Positions 36,910 to 51,768 of a stretch of 64,000 nt of DNA are shown in pieces. The stretch comes from Octopus vulgaris (taxonomy: Eukaryota): contig OX597814.1 of NCBI GenBank assembly GCA_951406725.2, positions 208,382,001 through 208,446,000 on the forward strand. The letters run 5' to 3'. Position numbers and translations under genes: made by a program. Under the pieces are notes generated by a model. The model was not told where the DNA came from. It worked only from the letters and a program-made list of their open reading frames with translations, and ran no database searches. The stretch's first letter is position 1; every line of letters begins with the position of its first letter.

Positions 36910-37379
36910 TTTTAGTATGAGAAAGAGAGAGAGCGAGAGAAAAGAATGGGTAGGAGAACAAAAGACATGTAAAGTAAGAATAAAAAGCAAATGGGAGATG
37001 AAAAAAAAAAAGGGAAGAAAAATAACCAGAAATAAAAATAGTTAAAAAAGGAAAACCAAAAACAGTGGCATAGAATGAAGTGAAAACAAAAGTGATGGAA
37101 TATGAAACCTTCTAGAATTTCTCTCCTTGTTAATTGGCAAATTGTTTGGTGTCGAAAGTTCACCCTGGCTCAGCTGAACACATTACCAAGCTAAGACAGA
37201 GCGAGAGAGAGAGAGAACGGAACATTTCTAGTTGCATAATGGTAAGAAAGGAATCCTTTGACGTCATGTCTACTGAGCATAAAAAGCAAACAGCATCACT
37301 GGCAGGATCACAACTCAGTGATCACCACTGTAACCACCGTTATTAGCAACAGCAGCAAGTGTCATCCTCTCCCGTTCCC

Positions 37380-38022
<643 letters not shown>

Positions 38023-38745
38023 TATATACAAGGTTAACAGCAACAGCAAAAACAATAATTACAACAAAAAAACATTCAGATGTTTAACTACAACAATAGC
38101 AACAACCACAACAAAAAAATTACAAAATCTACTGCAATGATAATCAAAGCCAAGGTTAGTTGAATTGATAAAGGAATGATACATACAGACAAGAAGTCAA
38201 TTGTTTCAATGGTCAAGACACTTAGCTCTCAATAGCCCAGGCTACTTAGCTGTAAATAGATTACACCAGTCTAGCTAAATAGTTTTTTTTTTTTTTATCT
38301 CAAGCAGACATACCATCATTGGCATTCTAGTAGTGATCATTCTGCTTTTGTTCTAGGCACAGTACACCTAGGAACACATATAAAGTGCATCATTATTATT
38401 CTTTTCCAAAATGGTAAGGTGAGATTTTTTGGGGGGGTGACTTGGCTGATATTTTTAGCAGGTAAAGCCACCATGTAGTGTCTTCCTCTTGGCTCAAGGT
38501 TGAATAATTCACAAATGACAGCAATTCAGCAATGACAGCACTGTAAAGATGGATGAAATTTTTCATTAGATTTTAGTTCTGGGAAATTTCCTGTGAAGGA
38601 ATGGTACCTGAGTCAGGATTGCAGCAAGAATAATCCCAAATCAGTAGCTGACTTCTCTGCAGAGGACTGCAAAAGAAATAGCTTAATAATTCTTTGAAGA
38701 TTTGGCATAAGGTCAGCAGTTTGTGAGGAGGACTTAGTTGGTATC

Positions 38746-39162
38746 TATTTCTTTATTGCCCACAAGGGGCTAAACATAGAAGGGACAAACAAGGACAGAC
38801 AAAGGGATTAAGTTGATTACATCGACCCCAGTGCGTAACTGGTACTTAATTTATTGACCCCGAAAGGATGAAAAGTAAAGTCAACCTCGACGGAATTTGA
38901 ACTCAGAACGTAAAGACAGACGAAATACCTATTTCTTTACTACCCACAAGGGGCTAAACACAGAGGGGACAAACAAGGACAGACAAAGGGATTAAGTCAA
39001 TTACATCGACCCAAGTGCGTAACTGGTACTTAATTTATTGATCCCAAAAGGATGAAAGGTAAAGTCGACCTCGACGGAATTTGAACTCAGAAGGTAGCGC
39101 TAGACAAAATACTGCTAAGCATTTCGCCCGGCGTGCTAACGTTTCTGCCAGCTTGCCGCCTC
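38746..39162 (-). mobile_element. Dimeric SINE family C with a 20-bp TSD
   Basis: One full unit plus a second unit lacking the A-box; TSD aggaggacttagttggtatc at 38726-38745 and 39163-39182. Confidence 0.88.
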
Positions 39163-39449
39163 AGGAGGACTTAGTTGGTATCATTAACCTCAGTACTTGA
39201 CTGGTACTTTATTATATCAGTCTTGGGTGAGGTGGGGGTGGGGATGGAAAGCAAAGTTGACCCTAGTGGTATTCGAACTCACAATGTAATGAGTCAGTAA
39301 TATTGCTAGGAATTTTATCAGATTCTCTAGTCATTCTTCTAGTTCACTGTCTTCAGATTAATTCAATAATGACCTGCAAAATGCTCCAACCAGAGAGATG
39401 TATTTCTGGGGATGAGTTCATGCAGAAGTATATTGTGCACAGGAGTATA

Positions 39450-39872
39450 GGCGCAGGAGTGGCTGTGTGGTAAGTAGCTTGCTAACCAACCACATGGTTC
39501 CAGGTTCAGTCCCACTGCGTGGCATCTTGGGCAAGTGTCTTCTGCTATAGCCCCGGGCCGACCAATGCCTTGTGAGTGGATTTGGTAGACGGAAACTGAA
39601 AGAAGCCTGTCGTATATATGTATATATATATATGTATATGTATGTGTATGTGTTTGTGTGTCTGTGTTTGTCTCCCTAGCATTGCTTGACAACCGATGCT
39701 GGTGTGTTTACGTCCCCATCACTTAGCGGTTCGGCAAAAGAGACCGATAGAATAAGAACTGGGCTTACAAAGAATAAGTCCCGGGGTCGATTTGTTCGAC
39801 TAAAGGCGGTGCTCCTGCATGGCCGCAGTCAAAATGACTGAAACATGTAAAAGAGTAAAAGAGTAAAAGAGT
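39450..39872 (+). mobile_element. SINE family A
   Basis: Full-length copy. Confidence 0.9.
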
Positions 39873-39900
39873 TTGTATGATAAAAGAAAGTGTGTATATC

Positions 39901-39937
<37 letters not shown>

Positions 39938-40679
39938 CAGTGTGTGGCAGTGTGTGACAGTGTGCTGGGTGGAGAGCATCAAATTTTTATGTCATTCAAA
40001 TAAATGTGTGAACGTGGAAGTCACATCTAAGATATTGTTATGAATGATATGCTTGCATATACACTTATACATAGCATCAGTAACTGACCCTGGCTATATG
40101 AAATGCAAACACATTGCCATTCAGAATTTGTGCATGTGTGTGTGTGTGTGTACATGCATGTGTGTGTGTGTGTGCATGCTCTTGTATGTACAAATACATG
40201 TATTTTGTATCCGTGTTTATGACATGGTTGCTTTCTCAGATGTATGAATGAGACTCTAATGTAGATTTGTCTTTGTGCCTTGCATAGTGTCAGCATCTGA
40301 CCCTATATAAATATAAGATAGAAACTCTTTGTCGTTCAGAACACATGACCATCCACGCACATATGTGAGTGTAAAATTTAAAATACGCATACGATTAGCT
40401 AGGGTTGTGGTTGTTGTTTAGTTCTCGGTCATTCTTGATAGGGCAGACATACTCATGATCAATAATATTCCAGTTGTGATTATATCATCTTTTCTTCTGG
40501 AATAGTTGACCTTGGATAAGATTGTCCAATGTAGCCTTAACATTGTTCAATGTGGCATTATGAGATCTGAGGAAGATTTTACTGTTATTTCTAGCAGACT
40601 GAGCAACCATGTTGATGCTCCCTTAGAGAGAGACTCCAATATCCATTGTAGAAGTACTTGTAGAAATATCAGCAACTGA

Positions 40680-40881
40680 TATTTTGAGATGCTCTGTGTT
40701 TCTTTCAATTACTTTAAATATAACAAAGAATTTAGTAAAATAACTTAGTTATCATTCAGCTACTGTTAGGAACATAAATTGTGAATAAGGTTTGATCGAA
40801 GATTTTAATTCAAAACTAATGAAAACATGACATTTGAACTCAGAGCCAGAGCGGGTTTTAGCCGGGTTGGTAATGAAAGGG
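40680..40881. mobile_element. piggyBac-type MITE E1, left end lost
   Basis: Same body as 22784; right TIR ggtaatgaaaggg|TTAA. Confidence 0.8.
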
Positions 40882-41040
40882 TTAATATAATCCTTCTTGC
40901 TATAGGCATAAAATCTGATGTGGGGGAGGGGCTAGTCAATTGCATCAACTTTACTGTTCAACTGGTACATATTTCCTCAACCCTGAAAGGATAAAAGACA
41001 AAATCAACTTCAGCAGAATTTGTACTCGAAATGTACAGAT

Positions 41041-41458
41041 GGTGCATTAGTGGCTGTGTGGTAAGTAGCTTGCTTACCAACCACAGGGTTCTGGGTTCAG
41101 CCCCACTGCGTGGCACCTTGGGCAAGTGTCTTCTACTATAGCCTTGGGCCGCCCAAAGCCTTGTGAGTGGATTTGGTAGACAGAAACTGAAAGAAGCCTG
41201 TCGTATAAATATGTATATATATATATGTGTGTGTAGATGTATATATTTGTGTGTTTGTGTTCGTCCCCCCCAACATCACTTGACAACCGCTGCTGGTGTG
41301 TTTACGTCCCTGTAACTTAGTGGTTCGGCCAAAGAGACCAATAGAATAAGTACTAGGCTTACAAAGAATAGATCCTGGGGCCAATTTGCTCAACTAAAAG
41401 GTGGTGCTCCAGCATGGCTACAGTCAAATGACTGAAACAAGCAAAAGAGTAAAAGAGT
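41041..41458 (+). mobile_element. SINE family A nested in an old family-C SINE
   Basis: Full-length copy; the host continues as atggacaaaatgctgctaaac. Confidence 0.85.
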
Positions 41459-42228
41459 ATGGACAAAATGCTGCTAAACATTTTTTCCATGCAATACTTT
41501 GTTATTTAGACCAACGCTATGTGTTACCTACTGTACTCAGTAAATTTTAGAACTCTGAAAAAAGCTGGTTTTCACAATATAATGTTCTTTCTGTGCAACA
41601 TAAAAATGTCTCATAACTTTAAATGGATCACCAGATCATCTCCACAGGCTTTCTCTTCATTTAATGTATTATGATTATGTAAGCTGAACAGAGCCAATCC
41701 CCATCCAAGATACTGACCATGTTGGATATCAAAAGTTTTCTGAGTGAAATGAAATGATTTAATTTGGTATCAAACCTTCATTGCAATCTTAGCTTAACAG
41801 ATGCCTACCATCATTCGACAGAGCTCATACAAACAGATTGTGTGTGAGAGATAAATATTCTGTGATAAATACAAGTGTATTAACATATGGTCTGCTATTA
41901 TAATTCTATTCACATCTAAGGATGCATTATAAGAATATAAATCAACGTAAATACTTGACTGGTACTTTATTTTATGAACAGCCAGGAAAATGAATGACAT
42001 AGTTGACCTCAGTAAGGCTGTAACTAAATACTACAAGCCATTTTGTCAGTTGCTTTTAATGGTTCTGATGGACAACTTGATTTATGTAATGTGGACAGCT
42101 AGTGCAGAGTCTATCAACTTTATTTTCTCTCGCTCCACCTCAGTTTTACCTCCTCCCCACCAAAAAAAAAAAAAATGTGTGCACAATATCATGCATAAAA
42201 AAAGTTAGTAGATATATCATCATATATA

Positions 42229-42569
42229 CCAGCATCGCCTTACTGGCACTTCTGCTTGTGGCACGTGAACAAAACATTTGAACGAGGTCATTGCCAGTGC
42301 TGCTGGACTGACTCCTGTGCAGATGGCATGTAAAAAACACCATTTGAGCATGGCCGTTGCCAGTACTGCCAGACTGGCCCTCATGCCGGTGGCACGTAAA
42401 AGCACCCACTACACTCTCGGAGTGGTTGGCATTAGGAAGGGCATCCAGCTGTAGAAACTCTGCCAGATCAAGATTGGAGCCTGGTGCAGCCATCTGGTTC
42501 ACCAGTCCTCAGTCAAATCGTCCAACCCATGCTAGCATGGAAAGCGGACGTTAAATGATGATGATGATG
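42229..42569 (+). mobile_element. Family B (RTE 3' end)
   Basis: Common terminus plus (GAT)n. Confidence 0.8.
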
Positions 42570-43599
42570 GTACGACTTAACATCCACTTTTTCATGTTTG
42601 CATGGGTTGGCCAAAGTTTGTCGAGGTAGATTTTCTATGGCCAGATGTCTTTCCTGGTGCCAACACTCATTGTTTCCAAGAAAGCTAATATTTCTCTATG
42701 GCTGGACATGTTCCCACAGAATATTGGTCACAAAGGACACTGTCTATATGATAGTGACACTCATTTACAATAATCATGCACTGTCATGACAAAGAGGCAC
42801 CAACTCATGCACACACATACACATGAGTGTGTGTATATATATATATATATATCATCATCATCATCATCATCATATGTATATATATAACGATCGTACCAAA
42901 TTACTGAAGTTATTCTTGTTGCTTATTTTGATTATAATCACCCCACGGATTTATATGGATAACACCGCACAAAATTCTGGTGCATCTAACTTAAGTACCA
43001 TATTCATTTGAATCTAAATTTTGCTGAACTTATATATATACATACACACATACACATATACACATACACTTATCAATGGGCTTCTTTCAGTTTCTGTCTA
43101 CCAAAGCAACTCACAAGACTGGTCAGATTGAGGCTATAGTAAGAGACATTTGCCCAAGGTGCCATGCAGTGGGATTGAACTTGGAACCATATGTTTAGGA
43201 AACAAGCCTCTTAACCACACAGCCTTGCTCATCTCTACGTAACATATATATTCAGAATGAGTTTAATAAAAACTTTAATACAAGTTTTACTCATTTGTTA
43301 CTTAATTATTCTCCATTCTGAAGTTGCTCATGCCCCACAAAAATATTGTCACACCTCCCTGGTGGAGCATATACTTCACCTTGAGGGATATTGACTTAGT
43401 GTTATGAAATATATGGACATATACAAATCTTGTGGTACTATGTATAGGAATGTAAACAATTTGGTAAACAGAAAGAAGTAATCAACAAGCAGTAGGTATT
43501 TATCAGGTAAACAACCAAAAAGTAAACATAGACAACAAAATAAATTTAAACACCTGCAGATTAATATAAAGTTGTAAATAGTGTAAACGGTAATCATTA

Positions 43600-44026
43600 G
43601 GCGCAGGAGTGGCTGTGTGGTAAGTAGCTTGCTAACCAACCACATGGTTCCGGGTTCAGTCCCACTGCGTGGCATCTTGGGCAAGTGACTTCTGTTATAG
43701 CCCCGGGCCGACCAATGCCTTGTGAGTGGATTTGATAGACGGAAACTGAAAGAAGCCTGTCGTATATATGTATATGTATATATGTATGTGTGTGTATGTG
43801 TTTGTGTGTGTCTGTGTTTGTCTCCCTAGCATTGCTTGACAACCGATGCTGGTGTGTTTACGTCCCTGTAACCCTAGCGGTTTGGCAAAAGAGACCGATA
43901 GAATAAGTACTGGGTTTACAAAGAATAAGTCCTGGGGTCGATTTGCTCGACTAAAGTTGGTGCTCCAGCATGGCTGCAGTCAAATGACTGAAACAAGTAA
44001 AAGAGTAAAAAGAGAGAGTAAAGAGT
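43600..44026 (+). mobile_element. SINE family A
   Basis: Full-length copy. Confidence 0.9.
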
Positions 44027-44075
44027 ATTAGTAGTAGAGGGTAAGTGTTTAAAGGTGTACATAATGCTAAGTTAA

Positions 44076-44567
44076 TTAACCCTTTAGCATTTAAACCATC
44101 CACATCTGGCCAAAAATAATCTACCTGTTTTATGTTCAAACTAGTCAGATTTGTTCTCTCACAGTTATCCTATGATGTCATTCTAAAAATAAATAATTAC
44201 ACAATCAAAATCTCAATGCTATGAAATCTTAGTCTTATTCTTAGTTTTTCCTGTTCCTAACAGAACATTGGGCGATGAGTTGCTTCCACTGAGTATGATC
44301 TGCTGCAGCTGTTTTTGTATTAGTTCAGGTCAATTACAGTTCCCATAAGTTCTTGCAGATAGTACTGTGCTAGTTTTGGGGCTATTACCCTCTCATCTGT
44401 TCATTCCCAGCTGGTGTCCATGTCAGTGTAGTGTGAGGCAGCCTGTGATCTGATAGCTGTATTGTTTTCCAGCTACTGGAGAACAAGCTATGAAATAATG
44501 CTTGGTTAATTCAAAACAATGTGAATAATAAATAAGCATTACATTTGACTGAATGCTAAAGGATTAA
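44076..44567. mobile_element. MITE E2 interrupted by an RTE 3' fragment (44228-44486, minus strand)
   Basis: ttaaccctttagcatt...aatgctaaaggattaa. The insert is flanked by TSD gctatgaaat (44218-44227, 44487-44496) and encodes RLPHTTLTWTP...AADHTQWKQLIAQCSVRNRKN*. Confidence 0.75.
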
Positions 44568-44687
44568 AGTAGTTTATGTAAAGACATTGACGAATACCCA
44601 ATGTTAAAGATGGTTTTTAATTTAGGCACAAAAGTAGTAATTTTAGGAAGAGGTACTAAGTTAAATTGACCCTAGTTTTTTTTTATA

Positions 44688-44978
44688 TGCGCCCTTTTCA
44701 AGCCTAGCCAGGCTCATGGGCCTGGTTTCCCGGTTTCTGTGGTGTATGTGTTCCTCCCAGCTGGACGGGACACCAGTCCATCGCAGCATTACTCAAGAAA
44801 CAGGAAGAAAGAGTGAGAGAAAGTTGGGGCAAAAGAATACAACAGGAGTCACCACCACCCTCTGCCGGAGCCTCCTGAAGCTTTAGGTGTTTTCGCTCAA
44901 TAAACACACTCAACGCCTGGTTTGGGAATTGAAACCGCAAGTCCGCTGCTCTAACCACTGGGCCATTGTGCCTCCACA
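44688..44978 (-). mobile_element. SINE family F
   Basis: tRNA-like head; body ...gcgatggactggtgtcccgtccag...agaaaccgggaaacc. Confidence 0.78.
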
Positions 44979-45999
44979 AATTGACTCTAGTACTTAACTG
45001 GTATTTTATATTATCAATCCTAGAGAGATGAAAGGTAAAGTTAACCTTGGTGGTTTTTGAACTCAGATGATAAAGAGCTGGAATAAATATTGCTAAGCAA
45101 TTCTTCTGATTCTCTAAGAATTCGGCCAACCCACCACCTTATCTGATATCAAATGTTGAGGTAAATAGTAATAAGCATAATAATAAATATACAAACGAAT
45201 GAACAATGGGGGTTAGGTAGGGGTTGTCTAGGGGTAAACATTGAGAAGTTTATATAACATTAAAGATAAACAGCAAACAGACAGGTAAACCACAAACAGG
45301 TAACCTAATAGAAATAGCAAAACGCATGAACAAACAAACTAAGATACTCATTGAAAGATAAATTTTGAAAGAGTTTAAACAGAGCTGAAGGAAGGAAGAA
45401 AAATGATCATCCTAATGCTAGTGGTAAAAAAATAAATAAAAAAAGACTAATAAGCAAAATTCCCCTCCCCTCCCCTCCAAGAAAAAAAAACAACAACAAA
45501 AAAAAAACAAAACAATAAATAAATAAATTCATAATAAAATTCTTTTGTTTCATTTGCTTCAGCTTATCTTCTGCAAAGTAAACGTGTGATTTATGTAGTT
45601 ATTGTTGTTATAGGGCCGATTGTACTAGTAAAAATTCGATCAATAAATGAATAAAACAAAAAGGAACCCCCCCCCCCCAAAAAAAAAACTACAACGAATG
45701 AAGCAGTCTTCCACAGAAGCTGTGTAAAATGGAGCAAGTAACTGAATGTAAACTGACAAACACGAATGTATGAATATATTAGCTAAATGTTGTTTTCATT
45801 GGACTAGACATTAAATCAACTTATTTTTGCAGTGGAAAAGTGTATAAGCATGTGATTGAATAAATCCTAACATATTGAATGGCAGCGTGCTACTGGCAGT
45901 AAATTGATGGTTAAATCAATCATTTGGAAGAACTAAAGACAAAATTGTATATGCCTGCAAGATTTGTTTAAATGAGATATATTTAATGAGGTACTAATC

Positions 46000-46023
46000 T
46001 TAATAATAATAATAATAATGATG

Positions 46024-46063
<40 letters not shown>

Positions 46064-46083
46064 TGATAATAATAATAATAATG

Positions 46084-46151
<68 letters not shown>

Positions 46152-46374
46152 CGATAATGCTCTTTTTCACAGTGATAATGAGAAGAGCATTATTGCTGTG
46201 AAAACAACATCCATCCATGAATTTATTTATTTATTTATTAATTTTTAAATACATATTTTATCTGTGAATTTGCGTGTATAATCTGGGAATGCATGCAATG
46301 AGCTTCTCTGCCCTAGGTGTACGGAAAACACTCGGCGAGAAACGGAAGAAAATTTGAAGAAAGAAGGAAAAAAC

Positions 46375-46425
<51 letters not shown>

Positions 46426-46690
46426 GAGAAAGAAACCAAACTATGCTGGATCATAATAATAATAATAATAATAAAGATAATAATAAATGAGAAAGAAACC
46501 AAACTATGCTGTAAACTGGGCATGTTGTCAACAAGGTATGTGATAAGGAAGAAAGAAAAGTTGATAGGTATGACAAGTTAGCTTGGGAGGTAAAGCAGTT
46601 GTGGTCAATGAAAAAGATGGTAGTGGTACCAATAATTGTTGGAGCCCTGCGAACAGTGAGTAAAAATTTCGAGATGTACGAAAAAACATA
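46000..46690 (+). mobile_element. (TAA)n tracts with R4/Dong-type LINE fragments
   Basis: NEKETKLCWII (duplicated)...KVDRYDKLAWEVKQLWSMKKMVVVPIIVGALRTVSKN; a separate 3'-end-like segment at 46245-46376 runs into (TAA)n. Confidence 0.65.
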
Positions 46691-47316
46691 AGACAAAGAT
46701 AGATGGTGTAGACAACAAACAGATGTATTAATTTAATGCTCGAGGAGTGAAAAAGTCTTTAACATTTCGAGCCTATGCTCTTCCACAGAAAGGAACACAG
46801 AAAGAAACAAGGAGAGAAAATAAAGAATGTGTAGTGGCTAGTGATCTGTATATGATGGGCTTCTTTCAGTTTCCGTTAACTAAATCCACTCACAAGGCTT
46901 TGGTTGGCCCAAGGCTATAGTAGATGACACTTGCCCAAGGTGCCACACAGTAGGACTGGTTGGTAAGCAAGCTACTTACCACACAGCCACTCCTGCACCT
47001 ATGATTAATTGAATAGCTACTTAACCAATTAACTAATCAATTGTTTGCAAATGACTAATCAAACAATCAGTTAGTTGATTGGTTAACCAGTTAACCAATA
47101 ATAATAAAAGAAGTGAAACAGAACCAGTTTGTGTGTTTATTATTGGCATAATGACCCTCCTAGGAGACAATAAAAGAAGAGGATATATCTGTAGAGAAAC
47201 TGATGACAAGTTGTGGATCCCTAACTGTTCCATACTTTGTCAAATAATGTACTGACATAGCGATTTGTGACTCCTTTAAGTAAACCAAAATAGATTTTAT
47301 ATGGAATTGAAACTAA

Positions 47317-47721
47317 GGACAGGAGTGGCTGTGTGGTAAGTAGCTTGTTTACCAACCACATGGTTCAGGGTTCAGTCCCATTGCGTGGCACCTTGGGCAA
47401 GTGTCTTCTACTATAGCCTCGGGCCGACAAAAGCCTTGTGAGTAGATTTGGTAGACGGAAACTGAAAGAAGCCCGTCGTATATATGTATATATATACGCG
47501 TGTGTGTGTTTGTGTGTCTGTATTTGTCCTCCTAGCATTGCTTGACAACCGATGCTGGTGTGTTTATGTCCCCGTTACTTAGCGGTTCGGCAAAAGAGAC
47601 CGATAAAATAAGTACTGGGCTTACAAAAGAATAAGTCCCGGGGTCGAGTTGCTCGATTAAAAGGCGGTGCTCCAGCATGGCCGCAGTCAAATGACTGAAA
47701 CAAGTAAAAGAGTAAAAGAGT
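47317..47721 (+). mobile_element. SINE family A
   Basis: Full-length copy; a partial reverse copy lies at 46856-47000. Confidence 0.9.
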
Positions 47722-48864
47722 ATATCATATTTGAGACACTAGAGGATAATTGCTTATTCTCTGCTACTTGCCTGTATTGGTTTCTTTAAGGTTAGACACA
47801 AAGCTGTTTTGTGGAAGGGCAATTAAGATGCTATGAAGCAAATGTCCCTCCACTATTTTTGACATTCATGCTTTTTTTTTAGAATGTATTCATGTCTTCA
47901 TCTGAGGATTGAAACCGTTTTATGGTATCAGCTTTCTGGAAGGTTGCCTTTTGCCTCTTCCATTACATTATTCACCAACTACCCTAACATACTAACCAAC
48001 AACAATATTAATACAACTTAGCATTATTATTAGTGTATCTGTCACATCTATATATGTATTTTGGCAAGCTTCATAGCACAAAATTCCAGCACACTGAATC
48101 TGCAACCTAGTTCCAGAGTTTCACTTGTCTGCTACAGCTATTTTTTAAGATATTGTCATTAATGTCATTGGAACGAGCATGAATGTCACATTTATGATTT
48201 CACCTTACACATTTAAGGGCAATGACTCTAAACAATGAAGGACATAGAATAGAGGGGACCCTTTAAATCCTGTTGTAGATAATCTCTTTAGTGCTGGTGG
48301 TACAATAAAAAAAAACCACCTGGTCCATACGACAAAGAGGTTAATAGTAGGAAGAGCATCCAGCTGTAAAAGTCATGCCAAAAATAAACACGACAGCAAT
48401 AATGATTAGCAGTTTCCTCTGTTGCTGCTTTTATGTGATTAAATGACAAAGAACTGTTACAAGTGGGTAAGATGCTGTGAAACTTGACTAATCTAAACTA
48501 GCTTGGGTAAATGAACGTACAAATCCTACTGCGTTCAAATTCCAGTGAGTCCAACATTGGCTTTCAGCCTTTCGAGGGTTGATGAAAAAAGTGCCTATTT
48601 AGAGCAGTGGATTAGTGGAACTCTTAGAACATTGGACAAGGTGTTTGCGTATTGCATCGTTTGAAGGTCTTCATGCAATGCTGGGCTGAGTTTTATTTGA
48701 TATTGTGTTATGCTGTTTAGTCATTCTTTATTTCTTGTTGTATGCTGAATGACTTATCTGCCCCAGGTGTAATTGAAACAATCCTGACAAGATAATTAAT
48801 GCGATAATAATATCTTCAATCTTTTATTTTGTTTGTGTGTGTGTGTACATGTGTGTACATGTGT

Positions 48865-48909
<45 letters not shown>

Positions 48910-49050
48910 TAATAATATTAGGGAGTATAACTCCAAACTTACAGGAAAAAATTAAATTTAAAAAAAAATTATTATATATATTACTTGTTATTTATGTATT
49001 GGTTTATGTCTATCACTGTTTGAGTTGCATAATAGTGGTTTTATCTCTAA

Positions 49051-49097
<47 letters not shown>

Positions 49098-49381
49098 ATC
49101 TGTGAGGGTGGGTGGTTCAATGATTCTGGGACTAGCTGGCATGCAGTGTTCTTGGAGAAGGTACTTTGTTTTCTGTTGTTCTGATCTATTCAAATGAAGT
49201 AAGTACCAGCCAAGTGCTGGTGTAGCCCTCTCTCCTTCTAGCTGGCACATCCTGGACATTCCACTGCCTTAAAAGCAGGAAACCTGGCAGTGTGTCTACG
49301 TCTGCTCGCAATTATGTGTAAGCGTATGTATATATACATGCATCTATCTATCTGTCTGTCAGTCTGTCTATCTATATACAC

Positions 49382-50048
49382 CATCATCATCATCAACATT
49401 TAACATCTGTTTTCCATGTTGGCATGGGTTAGATGGCATGACAGGAACTGACAAAGCCACGGGGCTGTCCTAGGTTCATTAGTCTGTTGTGACATAGTTT
49501 CTATGGCTGAGCACTCTTCCTAGTGCCAACCATTTTACACAGTGTACTGAGTGCTTTTATGTGATACCCTCACCAGTGCTTTTTACATGGTATCAGCACC
49601 GGTGCTTTTTTATGTGACACCAGCACCTACACCAATGCTTTCTATGTGGCATCTTGGTTTTAGGATCTATTCTGGTACTGGCACTCAAGCCCCATTCTAG
49701 TAGGCTGTTAAGAGCACCATCTGAGCATGATCGTTGCCAGAGCGGTTATCTAGCCTCTATGCCAGTGGCACGTAAAAGACACCATCCAAGCATGACCATT
49801 ACCAGCATCGCCTTACTGGCACCTGTGCTGGTGGCATGTGTAAAAGATTCGAGCGAGGTCGTTGCCAGTACCGCCTGACTGGCACGTAAAAGCACCCACT
49901 ACACTCTCGGAGTGGTTGGCATTAGGAAGAGCATCCAGCTGTAGAAACTCTGCCAGATCAAGATTGAAGCCTGGTGCAGCCTATCTGGCTTCGCCAGTCT
50001 TCAGTCAAATCGTCCAACCCATGCTAGCATGGAAAGCGGATGTTAAAC

Positions 50049-50084
<36 letters not shown>

Positions 50085-50505
50085 GTTATGATGGCAAGTC
50101 TTCTTGAGTACAGTAATGCACCACATATCTTGGTCCTCTGTCATCTCCTTTGTAAGGCTCAGCATTTTGATATCAGTCTTCAATACTTAGTTCCATGTCT
50201 TTCTGGGTCTCCCTCTTCCAAAACTTCCTTCTACTTTAAGTCATTAGCATTTCTTGTCCTCATCCATTCGCATAACATGACCACACCAGTGCAGTCTCCT
50301 CTCTTGAATACTGCATATAATTCCGCTTATGTTCAACTTCTCTCTCAATACACCAATATTTTGTGGCACTTGTACACTGACATTGCACATCCAACAGAGC
50401 ATACCAGCTTCATTCCTCTCTGGTCGTTTTACGTCATCCACATTCAGAGCTTACATCTTACTACCATGTAGCATCACAGTTTACACACATGCATCATACA
50501 GCACT
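49382..50505 (-). mobile_element. RTE fragment with family-B tail (minus), split by a plus-strand family-B copy (49675-50080)
   Basis: ERNEAGMLCWMCNVSV...IQERRLHWCGHVMRMDEDKKC at 50244-50441; reverse tail at 49382-49650. Confidence 0.7.
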
Positions 50506-50969
50506 TATCTTTATCCTTATTATTATTAGTGCTAGTGAGAAGTGAAAACCATCAAATAAGTAAACAATTTATCTTCTGTATAAATGACTCTAACAGACCT
50601 TTAAAAGAATGTTGTGCAGCAATATTGAAATATCAGAGAAAAACATACTTAGTAAGATATCATCTGATATCATGCATACTTTTGCAATAAAACAATCAAT
50701 CAATTAATTTGCAACATAACAATCTAAATTTTAATCAGGTAAAGCAACCCTTTTTTTATTTATACTTGTTTCATTTATTTAGTTGATTTAATATTTTAAT
50801 ATCCATTTCTTCACTAGAATGTGTAAGATGGATGCAAAAATATTGATATTTATATATAGATTGTTGAAATGTGTGTGTGTGTGTATATATATATTTGTAA
50901 ATATGTTGAACAGAATAAACAGAGTATCAGGCTGAGAGATTTGAAAATTTAGCCAGTTTATTATATCTT

Positions 50970-51174
50970 TCGCCTGACTGGCCCCCGTGCTGGTGGCAGG
51001 TAAAAGCACCCACTACACTCTCGGAGTGGTTGGCGTTAGGAAGGGCATCCAGCTGTAGAAACTTTGCCTGATCAAGACTGGAGCCTGGTGCAGCCATCTG
51101 GTTCGCCAGCCCACAGTCAAACCGTCCAACCCATGCTAGCATGGAAAGTGGACGTTAAACGATGATGATGATGA
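50970..51174 (+). mobile_element. Family B (RTE 3' end)
   Basis: Common terminus, about 55 bp from the exon 2 donor. Confidence 0.8.
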
Positions 51175-51229
51175 CTTCATGTATCTGTGCTAAGGACAAG
51201 AAAAGAGGGAAGCTTGTGTGTATACTCAC

Positions 51230-51417
51230 CTAACGATATCACAACCAAGTAGCTTTTCCTCATTCTCTTGTTGGCTGAGCATCTTAGAGAACACAGCTTC
51301 ATTACCAATACAGACGCCATTTTCATTTGATCCACTCTCAGCTCCCCACATCCAAGATGGTTTTGCTATGATAATTGAATAAGTTCTTGCTGCCTGATCG
51401 ACTTTGGTATAGGTACA
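51230..51417 (-). CDS. SCRN: Secernin coding exon 2
   Basis: CTYTKVDQ...KPSWMWGAESGSNENGVCIGNEAVFSK...LLGCDIV(R), matching the secernin WGAExGxNExGVCIGNEAV motif. Acceptor tttccttgcag|TGT (phase 0), donor AG|gtgagt (phase 2); 188 nt. Confidence 0.95.
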
Positions 51418-51658
51418 CTGCAAGGAAACACAGATGAAAATTCCGATGATATGTTTGAATTTTAACATTGAAAATTAACATTGCAAATGATTTTTGTAAT
51501 TATTTTTGTTAGACATCTTCTGCAAATCGTGCTTATGATATTTTAAATCTTCCAAAATTTTTTCTAGTCTCACAAGCAACAATCACAGATTCCCAATGTC
51601 TTTGTTGTCTGGATAATTAGAAGTAACGGAAGTATTTGATATAGACACAAAATGATAT

Positions 51659-51693
<35 letters not shown>

Positions 51694-51729
51694 AGTAGGT
51701 GTATATACACACACACATATATATTATTA

Positions 51730-51768
<39 letters not shown>

